Position numbers and translations under genes: made by a program
Notes under the pieces: generated by a model
Databases searched by the model: none
What the model saw: only the letters and a program-made list of their open reading frames with translations
What the model was told of the DNA's origin: nothing
In this document: one piece after another, positions 26,790 through 36,411 of the stretch
Layout: each line of letters starts with the position of its first letter
How positions within the stretch are numbered: position 1 is the stretch's first letter
Source of the DNA: Camelus dromedarius
Taxonomy: Eukaryota
Direction: 5' to 3'
Assembly: GCF_036321535.1 (NCBI RefSeq)
Contig: NC_087443.1
Location: forward strand, 72,788,001-72,852,000
DNA: 64,000 nucleotides

Positions 26790-27305
26790 AGCAGTTTGTA
26801 AACGTGGACTGGGACCTTTAGGAGTCCATGAGACCCTTTCAGCAGGGTCAAACCTGTTTTCATAATGATGCATAATCCATGATAATACTGGTTTCCCTTT
26901 CACTCTTATTCTCTCAGGAATGTACAGTAGAATTTTCTAGAGCCTATCATGACTCTGACTGTTAATGAAATGTATGCTTGCATATTTTTAAAAAAAAAAA
27001 ATTTATATTTTTTGTAGGTTTTTTGGGGGGGTGGGTAGGGGATTAGATTTATTTATTTATTTTTTAAAGGAGGTCCTGGGGATTGAATCCAGGACCCTAC
27101 GTATGCTAAGCTAAGTGCTCTACCACTTGAGCTATACCCTCCCTACCCTGCTTGTATATTCTTGTGTTTTAAACTTTTCTCAGTTTTATTTTCTAATGTG
27201 GAAACTACTAATGGATATACCCCACATAAACAAAAGCTGTTTGGGGTCCTCAGTCATTTTTAGAGGTGTAACAATGTTCTGAGTCTATTATGTTTGAGAG
27301 CCACT
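26790..27305 (-). mobile_element. hAT-Charlie-type DNA transposon fossil containing SINE copy 4
   Basis: CCACATAAACAAAAGCTGTTTGGGGTCCTCAG...GTTTGAGAGCCACTG terminal region. Confidence 0.6.
27009..27148 (-). mobile_element. tRNA-Ala-derived SINE, copy 4, inside a hAT fossil
   Basis: Reverse-complement head and tail; near-perfect TSD TGCTTGCATATT (26975-26986) / TGCTTGTATATT (27149-27160). Confidence 0.88.
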
Positions 27306-27789
27306 GTAGTAGAGGGGGAGAAAAAGGCTGAGAGAAACAGTGAGACTTAAAAGACAGTCCTTGAGAAATGCATCTCCTCAGCCCTGAAAACAATTGGTGC
27401 TATATAGTTTTCCTGCATTCTAAGATAACTCAAGATAGAAACTTTTAAATCTAGAGAACTGATAAAGTAAGGTACTAATATATTCTGGAGGCCTGAGAAC
27501 CTTGATCTGGAAGAATTTCAAAACTGGGACATGCTCATCCTGTGTTACAGCGACACCTACTGAACAATGGGGACATCCCATCCCAGCTCTAAGAGTAAAT
27601 GCTGTATTTATTTAGACTAAACCGGACACAGAAAAGAGCAAATTCTATCAGGCAAGGTATGACATGATAATAGTCTTAGACAAAACAGAAATTCTCAGGA
27701 TGCAGAGGGCAACTCAGAAAGGGCATAATGACAATTCCTTTGCCTACATACTCTTTTCCTCCATTAGATGGACAATCAGCGGTCATCGG

Positions 27790-27925
27790 GGAGCCTAGAA
27801 CAGAGACTAACCTCAGAATCACCTTGGAGCTTTTAAGAAATAGTTATAAGGCTTTACAGAATCAGGGTCTCTGGGCCCAGAATTTTTTGTTTCTTAGAAA
27901 AGTTCTCCAGGGAACATTGTCAAAT
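27790..27925. mobile_element. MER5A-like hAT MITE
   Basis: TCAGAATCACCTTGGAGCTTTTAAGAAAT...CAGAATCAGGGTCTCTGGG. Similar fragments lie near 41235-41365, 52845-52950 and 63395-63535. Confidence 0.6.
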
Positions 27926-30039
27926 TAGACAATATCTGGTCCAGAATGGCCCTGAGAAGGATGATTTCTGCCCTCCAGGAACCACATTAGGGCAGGAGGC
28001 AGAGCTTCGGATCCCGCCTACGCCGGTGCCCACCCCCAGCTCTTCCACTGGTTGCTGCCCTCTTCCTTCCACTGCTGTCAGTCCCCAGGTTTGAGGCTCT
28101 GAGCCCTGGATTTCAGACCATGTCCATGGCTCATGCCTTCTTGATTTCTGGGGCCCTGTCTGATTTCTGAGGTTTGGCTAGCTTGAGTCCTGTTTGCCTA
28201 CCTTCCTTGTGCCCTGCAGATCAGCCCCTTATCCAGGCCTGGATTCCTGCTTCCAGCATTGCCTCTATCCAACCCCAGACAGCCTTTGGACTCTTTGAGC
28301 TCCTTCTTTCTTCTTTGACCCCAGGCTTATTTCCAGGACTATCAAGAGAGAAGAGCCAAGAATAGAGAAATTTATCAAACATAAAAAAACGAGCAACAAA
28401 GCATCCCATGAGGAACAGTGTGTGGGTGAGGCCAGCAGGGGAGGAAACATTCTTAATTACCAATGAGGTGTGAAGGGGGCCTGACAAAGCCCGGAGCCCT
28501 GGCGGAGCCAGTGATGTGAGATGCCTTGACCATTGTAAGGGATAGAAAGTGATCCATAGTGATTTTTCTTTCCTTTTAAATGACAGAGGGCGGCTGGGTA
28601 GGGAATAGTGATTTGACCATTGTGACAATAAATGCAGGTGGTGGTTGTTGATGGGCCAAAGATAAAGCAACAAATGGGAGACAGGGTGGGCTGTGGCCTT
28701 CTGCTTCCTGTGGGCAGATTCCCTGGAGCCCAGCCTGAGGGCATCTCAGCACAACAAAGAGGTGCCTTCCGGGGGACCTGCATTCAGTCTGCAGATCCAT
28801 CCCTTGGGAGACAGAGGCTGCGGCGCCACGCGGAAGCCTGCCAGTTGGTGCTGGGGTCAGAGAGATGTTTGGAAAGACCATGGCTGCAAACGGGCAATGG
28901 TCCACTCTGGTGCACACCTTGACTGGCACCTCCTGATGCCTGCCCCTTAGGGGAGAGTGTCAGAGCATGGATTGATGTTGGCTTGGCTATGCTCCAGAGA
29001 CCTGCGTCCCCATGTGCCAGAGAAATTTTGACCAATGTTCCTTCGACGATAGCAAGCCCAGTGTAGACTCAGCACCCCCTGCCGGCCGCCACCATCCACT
29101 GCTCTGCGTGCGTTTCTTTCCATATTCTCTCCCCACCTCCCACCTTGCTGCTGCCCCCAGGGCCCTGTGGTGACCCTTGCACTGCTTTGTGTAGCAGGCC
29201 CTCTCCGTGGTTAGTAACCATACCATCAGGAGGGTGATGGGTGGGTGGGGGGCATACTTCTTAACTCGGCCACCTTGGGACCACAGGGACTGGGTTTTGG
29301 ACGAGGTGTTGAGGCAGCTCCCCCCCAACCCACCCCAAGCGGGGTGGGCATTGTCTGCTGAGCAGATTCCGGTCCTCTAGTCGTGGCTGCATCCATCACA
29401 CCCTAAGGGGAGAGGCCTCAGCGTGGAAAGTATGTAAGCCTTGGACGATGCCACAGATGGCCTGGAATGGCTTGGCCTCTTCTTTCCAAGGCCCCAGCTG
29501 ACTTCCCCATCGTGCAGAGGAGGAGGATGGAGCCAACTTGTCCCCGTTCCTGGAGCACCAGTGAGTGTCACTGGGCCAGGGGTGTGGTGAGGGCTAGAAG
29601 GCAGCATTCTGGGGTGGCTGCCCGGCGGCATGGCTGGCCCTGGCTCAGACACTGCGCCCACGTTAGCCTCTGGCTGTCACTCCCACAAGCAGCAGGATTC
29701 TTGTCCCCGCTGCTCAGCTGAAAAACATGAATGGTGCCTGGCCTGCAGCAGCTGCCCTGCTAACAGTAGCTGCTGTGATCACGTGATTTGTCTGGGGTCA
29801 CGCAGGTGGTGAGGGGTGGGGCCAAGATTGAACTCATGTCCGTCTCCCGCCCCAGCCCAGGCCCTCCTCCCCTGTCGCCTGGCCATCTTCTCCTGTGAGG
29901 CAGGCAGGGCAGAGAGGCAGCACCCTGTTTTACAGACCAGGAAACTGAGGCCAAGTAACTCATCAGAGATCACTGAGCTTGGAATGGGCAGAACTAAGAT
30001 TCGGACCTTGCTCTTTGGACAATACTCCCTGTATAAGTC

Positions 30040-30448
30040 TGCTCGGGCTGCCCTGACAAAATACCGCTGAGTGCTGTAACAAAGTAAGGCTGAGTGGCTT
30101 AAACGACAGAAGTGTATTTTTCCACAGTTCTGGAGGCTAGAAGTCCAAGGTCAGGGTACTGACGGGGTTCATTTCCGGCGAGGGCTCTCTTGCTGACTTG
30201 TAGACAGCTGCCTTCTCCCTGTGTCCTCACGTGGCCTTTCCTTTCTGCATAGAGAGAACGTGCAACCTCTGGTGTCTCTTCATATTCTTCTAAGGACACC
30301 AGTCCTTGGATGAAGGCCACACCCTTATGATTGCATTTAACCTTAATTATCTCCCTAAAGGCCCTATTTCCAATTAGGTCACACTGAAGGTTAGGGCTCC
30401 AGCATATGAATTCGGGGGTGGTGAGTGGGCACAATTCAATCTGTAACA
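30040..30448 (-). mobile_element. MLT1 (MaLR) solo LTR
   Basis: CACAGTTCTGGAGGCTAGAAGTCCAAGGTCAGGG...CATTTAACCTTAATTATCTCCCTAAAGGCCCTATTTCCAA...CACAATTCAATCTGTAACA. Confidence 0.85.
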
Positions 30449-31316
30449 TACCCTTAGCCCCTTCCACTCTTTGGAAGCCCCCAGATCACACCAGGAAACG
30501 GCTACTAATGCACATCAAAGGAATCACTTGGGGTTGTTGTGCAGGAGCCCAGGGACAGGACTGGGGCAATCTAAGAAAGCTTCCTGGAGGAGGTGTATGT
30601 GTCCCTGGCGGTATATTTGTGTGCATGTACATTGGGCTTGGGTAGCTGGCCCATTTGGCAGTCTGGCTCAATTCAGGGCAACCCCACATGTAGTCCCCCT
30701 AGTGATTCAGATGAGCTGTGGCTCTTTTCCAGGAGCCACTTTCTCTCCATGAGTGTGGCAAGAGGGGACTGTCTTGTCCTTGCTTGGCCCGGCAAGGCAG
30801 CTGTAGCTTGATGTAGCCCATCAGGTAGCATTTCCAGGTCTTTCATGTGAAAGGGAATGGAATTCCAGGTGAGCAGAGATGGACAAAGGAGGGCAGAAGA
30901 GCTAAGAACCCAGGGCATCCTCCTTCAGCAGACAGTGACATCTGCAGAGGGCTGCGCATGTGGCAGCCAGCCCCGCTGTGCGGCCCCTGCTGCTAGAGTG
31001 TGATCTTTCTGTAAAGAGGAGCTGAGTTAGGACATCATCACATGCGGGAGCCCCTGCTATAAATTCTCTTGCCTTCCTCACCCAGTGTCTGTCCCCCCTT
31101 TTCTTAGACTCACACACCAGATGTGGCTGGTGAAGGGAATCCTCACTGCCAGGTTTAGAAACTTTAAATTTCTGCAGTGCCTGTGTTTCTGGAATGAGGG
31201 CGACATTCCCAGGGCAGAGGTTTGGGTTCATGCACCAACTCCTGTGTGGAGCCCGGAGCAGATACAGGTTCTGTGTGGGGTTGTAGTAGGTACCCAGCCA
31301 GGAGGCTGGAAAGTGT

Positions 31317-33269
31317 GCTGAGGGAGCCTGGGGAGTCTGAGGGAGGCTGAGAGAGACTGGGGAGGCTGGGGGAGGCTGAGGGAGGCTGAGAGAGACTGGG
31401 GAGGCTGGGGGAGGCTGAGGGAGGCTGAGAGAGACTGGGGAGGCTGGGGGAGGCTGAGGGAGGCTGAGGGAGACTGGGGAGGCTGAGGGAGGCTGAGAGA
31501 GACTGGGGAGGCTGGGGGAGGCTGAGGGAGACTGGGGAGGCTGAGGGAGACTGGGGAGGCTGGGGGAGGCTGAGGGAGGCTGAGAGAGACTGGGGAGGCT
31601 GAGGGAGACTGGGGAGGCTGAGGGAGACTGGGGAGGCTGGGGGAGGCTGAGGGAGGCTGAGAGAGACTGGGGAGGCTGAGGGAGGCTGAGGGAGGCTGAG
31701 AGAGACTGGGGAGGCTGAGGGAGGCTGAGAGAGACTGGGGAGGCTGGGGGAGTCTGAGGGAGGCTGAGAGAGACTGGGGAGGCTGGGGGAGGCTGAGGGA
31801 GGCTGGGGAGGCTGGGGGAGGCTGAGGGAGGCTGAGAGAGACTGGGGAGTCTGAGGGAGTCTGAGGGAGGCTGAGAGAGACTGGGGAGGCTGGGGGAGTC
31901 TGAGGGAGGCTGAGAGAGACTGGGGAGGCTGGGGGAGTCTGAGGGAGGCTGGGGAGTCTGAGGGAGGCTGAGAGAGACTGGGGAGGCTGAGGGAGGCTGA
32001 GAGAGACTGGGGAGGCTGGGGGAGGCTGAGGGAGACTGGGGAGGCTGAGGGAGACTGGGGAGGCTGGGGGAGGCTGAGGGAGGCTGAGAGAGACTGGGGA
32101 GGCTGAGGGAGGCTGAGAGAGACTGGGGAGGCTGGGGGAGGCTGAGGGAGACTGGGGAGGCTGAGGGAGACTGGGGAGGCTGGGGGAGGCTGAGGGAGGC
32201 TGAGAGAGACTGGGGAGGCTGAGGGAGGCTGAGAGAGACTGGGGAGGCTGAGGGAGGGTGAGAGAGACTGGGGAGGCTGGGGGAGTCTGAGGGAGGCTGA
32301 GAGAGACTGGGGAGGCTGGGGGAGGCTGAGGGAGGCTGGGGGAGACTGGGGAGGCTGGGGGAGGCTGAGGGAGGCTGAGAGAGACTGGGGAGGCTGAGGG
32401 AGGCTGAGAGAGACTGGGGAGGCTGAGGGAGGGTGAGAGAGACTGGGGAGGCTGGGGGAGTCTGAGGGAGGCTGAGAGAGACTGGGGAGGCTGGGGGAGG
32501 CTGAGGGAGGCTGGGGGAGACTGGGGAGGCTGGGGGAGGCTGAGGGAGGCTGAGAGAGACTGGGGAGGCTGAGGGAGGCTGAGAGAGACTGGGGAGGCTG
32601 AGGGAGGGTGAGAGAGACTGGGGAGGCTGGGGGAGTCTGAGGGAGGCTGAGAGAGACTGGGGAGGCTGGGGGAGGCTGAGGGAGGCTGGGGGAGACTGGG
32701 GAGGCTGGGGGAGGCTGAGGGAGGCTGAGAGAGACTGGGGAGGCTGAGGGAGGCTGAGAGAGACTGGGGAGGCTGGGGGAGTCTGAGGGAGGCTGAGAGA
32801 GACTGGGGAGGCTGGGGGAGGCTGAGGGAGGCTGGGGGAGACTGGGGAGGCTGGGGGAGGCTGAGAGAGACTGGGGAGGCTGGGGGAGGCTGAGGGAGGC
32901 TGGGGGAGACTGGGGAGGCTGGGGGAGGCTGAGGGAGGCTGAGAGACTGGGGAGGCTGAGGGAGGCTGAGAGAGACTGGGGAGGCTGGGGGAGTCTGAGG
33001 GAGGCTGAGAGAGACTGGGGAGGCTGGGGGAGACTGGGGAGGCTGGGGGAGGCTGAGGGAGACTGGGGAGGCTGGGGGAGGCTGGGGGAGACTGGGGAGG
33101 CTGGGGAGGCTGGAGGAGACTGAGGAGGCTGGGGGAGGCTGGGGGAGGCTGGGGGAGGCTGAGGGAGGCTGAGAGAGGCTGGGGGAGACTGGGGAGGCTG
33201 AGGGAGACTGGGGAGGCTGGGGGAGGCTGGGGGAGGCTGAGGGAGGCTGGGGGAGGCTGAGGGAGCCTG
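31317..33269 (+). repeat. G/purine-rich minisatellite (~1.95 kb) of 9-10 nt variant units with a common 39-bp period
   Basis: Units GGGGAGGCTG, AGGGAGGCTG, AGAGAGACTG, GGGAGGCTG and GGGAGTCTG. AGAGAGACTG recurs at 31350 and 31389 (39 bp apart). Confidence 0.98.
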
Positions 33270-35619
33270 CTCTTTCAGGGGAACTTCCTGTTTCTGACAT
33301 TTTCTCTGTAAAGACCACAGTGCCAGCCCTGCCTGAAGCCTGTCCGTGTTTGGTTGTCTTTGTTTTCTCTTATGTCTATCCCTCGGCTTAGCCCACCTGG
33401 GCCCCTTCTGGACTCGGAAGGTGTTCGTCAGTTGCTTCTCAGAGTTTAGGACACAGCCTGTCTGAGAGGGAAGACACCCCTCTCGCAGCTCCATGTTAAA
33501 GTGCTTGAAGCTCTTGCAACCCCTTTGATTAAGAGGAGATGGAGTGTGTGCTCCCCACCCCGCCCCAGCTCCCATCCTCTGTCCCCTTCCTCTGCACCTG
33601 GCCCAGGGCCCTTTGCTCTGGGTCACGCTCTCTTCCCAGGCCCTGTGGCTCCCTTCCTCCCTGAGGGAGGCCCTTGCGTGTTTCTGAGCCTGCAGCCCCG
33701 TTGCTTCTCTGGTGGGAAATGGTAGCTTCCTCTTGGGGGAGGAGCAAGTTGCTGTCGTCCCATCCTCAGGTTGCCAAGGGCAAGTCTCTCTGGGACAGCA
33801 GAGAGGCCTCCTGGGAAGCCTCCTTCCCAGTGCTTGCTGGGAGCACCAGGGGCTTTGGAACCAAAAAGACCTGGACTCAGACCCCAGTGTCTCCACTGCC
33901 ACTGGAAACCTTGGCAAGTCCCTTAGGCTGTGGTTCTGTTCAGCAGCGGGGATAGAACCCTCCATCCCACAGGGCATGGGGGTGGAGGCTTAAATCACGG
34001 GGCTCCTTGGAGGTGCTGAATTACAGGTGTGCGCGTGTTCCGGTGCCCGGACAGGTAAGCGTGCACAGATGTCCACACGTTTATTACTCTGGCTTTGGCT
34101 GCTCTCTCACTGCCTGGGTGGGGAGGCCTCATCTTCGTTGTCATGATTAAAACCATCCCCCTATTCAGCAAGCCCCAGCCCCCCTTCATTCACCATTCAT
34201 TCATTCGTTCATTCTCCCATTTCTGAGACCTGCCCTGTCCCAGGCCTAGCTCTGGGCACCGGTGAACACGGCCAGGAGTAAGACAGACCAGGACTGGCAC
34301 TCTGCTTCCAGGCTGAAGGTGGGGAAGGACATAAGCCAAGCAATCACCGAAGTAGATTTTAAAGGTCACCTGTGTTGAGTGCCTCGGAGGAGAGGTGATA
34401 GGTGTCCGTACCAGTGGCCCAGCACTGGGTGAGGCCCGAGGGGATTCAGAATTGAAAGGCAGCCCTTGCCTTTAAGAAGTGTGAGCACCAGCTGCAGGCT
34501 GTCCTTACTCTGGGCTCTGTGACCACCAGAGGCAATGATACTGCAAGGTGGAAGTCAATATTTAAAAAAAGAAACATCAGTTCTTAGGAAGACCTTAGTA
34601 GCCCTGTATACAATCTTGTGTTTAACCACTTACCCAGAGCCCGGGGTCAGAGACCAGCTGGATGTCTGCGCCCCTTGAGTGCATGCACATCGCCCACCTT
34701 CCCAGCCCTTGTGAGGCAGTGCCATCCCAGGTGCTGGCGTGGCCACCTGGGGATTGCTCCTTGCCCATACCCTTCAGGAACCCCAAAGACACTCGAGTCT
34801 GGTGTGGCCAGGATGAGGCAGTTTGCACAACTCCTGCATCTTGGGAAAACAAATGTGGTTCTCAGTGTGCTGCCTTGAGTTCCTGGAACCAGAGTGTTTA
34901 TTTTATGTAATATACAGCAAAAACAGTTCTATTGACTTCAGATACTTCCAGCTTCCAAACTGTAACCTATAAAAAGACTGGGTTTTTTATCCAGTGGATA
35001 AAATGTGGATTACCCGGGGTATCTCAGGAAAGGAAAGCTAAATTGTGTTTGACAGGGAGGGAAAATGTTCTCCATTTCAGGTCACCAGTTTTAGAACTGA
35101 ACACATGCTTTTTTAAGATTTAGGTATCTTCATTCTACCAGGGAGACATTCCTGTATTTGCTTACATCCAAGGGCTGCTGGAGGACCATGGGACCCTTGA
35201 AGCCTTCTTACAGCACCGTAGGCCTTGCCAAGGGAGGTCAGGTGGTTACGCTGTGTTTGAAGCAACACCTCGGCCTCCCTCTCCATGGCAAAGGAGCATC
35301 TGAAACTCTGCCTGATTTAGTAGATGAGGTTCAGGTGGGTGAATATCAATTCCACAAGTGACCCCTCATGGTTGTGTGTGCTCACGCTCTCCCCTGCTTG
35401 GGTAGTGAAATGGATGGGTTTGAGGAATTGGGCAGAAATATCCAGTGGCTGCTCCTCATAATGATGGGTAGATAGTACTTGCTGAGGGTCTACCACATGC
35501 CAGGCCCTGCTCCGATAAGCACCTCGATGGATCTGTACCGATGAGGCAGGTCATATTATTATTGTCTCTGTTTTAGGTCCAAGAAAGTGAATTTCAGAAG
35601 AGCTCATACAGCTAATATG

Positions 35620-36010
35620 TAGTTGGATTAAGCAGAGTGTGAGTTCAGCTGCTGTAACAAAAACTCGGACCAACACTGGTTTAAGCAAGGTAGAAGCTTA
35701 TTGTTCTCTCATGGAACAGTGCTGTGGAAGTTCTGTCTATGTGGCCATTTAGTTCCCAGTCTCCTCTGTCCTTAGGATATTGCCTTCAACTACATGGTCC
35801 AAGATGGTGCCCCACGTGCCTGCATTCTAGTCTCTGGGAAAGGGGATGGGGAAGGAAGTGGAACATGCCCTTCCCCTTCAGGGCATAACTCAGATCAATT
35901 GAACCCATTATTTCTGCTCACATTCTATTGGCTAAAACTTGGTCACATAGCTACACCTAGCTGCAAAGGTGGTTGGGAGCTAGTCTTTCTTTTGGGTGGC
36001 CATGTGCCCA
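35620..36010 (-). mobile_element. MLT1J-like LTR fragment
   Basis: TTCAGCTGCTGTAACAAAA...GGTCCAAGATGGTG...CACATTCTATTGGCTAAAACTTGGTCACATAGCTACACCTAGCTGCAAAGG. Confidence 0.7.
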
Positions 36011-36287
36011 GCTCAAAGTGGGAGATCAGGAAACATGATGAATAAACACTGAGTGACTGGGATGAGTCTAGATGGTGTACGAAGTTCACGCCCCCTACCC
36101 GTCCACCACGTCTCATCTCTGAGGAGTTCTAGGTCAGTTCCAAGGAAAAACGCTCAGACCTGGACTGTAAGCTCCTTGGGTGCTTACGGTGGTGGGTGTT
36201 TCTGCTGATCACTTGGTCCTCTGGGTCAGCACAGCACAGGGCAATAAGCAGATGCTCAGTAAATCAATCTTAAAGGGGAGGCAGTAG

Positions 36288-36411
36288 TGGGAAGGGATAG
36301 CTCTACTGGTAGAGGTCCTGGGTTCAATCCCTGGTACCTCCTCTAAAAATAAATAAATGAATAGACCTAATTACCTCCCACCACAAAAAAAAATTAATTA
36401 ATTTAAAAAAA
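36288..36411 (+). mobile_element. tRNA-Ala-derived SINE, copy 5, lacking the anticodon arm
   Basis: GGTAGAG joins directly to GTCCTGGGTTCAATCC; tail intact; 18-nt TSD with 2 mismatches at 36270-36287 / 36412-36429. Confidence 0.85.

Noticed and set aside
31317-33269. CRISPR-like array
   Set aside because: There are no unique spacers, only variant 9-10 nt units; the context is mammalian and there are no cas genes.
31164-33977. 937-aa and 696-aa Pro/Ser/Gln-rich minus-strand ORFs as real genes (mucin- or extensin-like)
   Set aside because: They are explained by the minisatellite, whose minus strand lacks stop triplets. Both frames are open at once, and I see no recognisable domain.
34027-34060. 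28-nt mini-exon ending in CAG|GTAAGC
   Set aside because: The donor is good but the acceptor has essentially no polypyrimidine tract.
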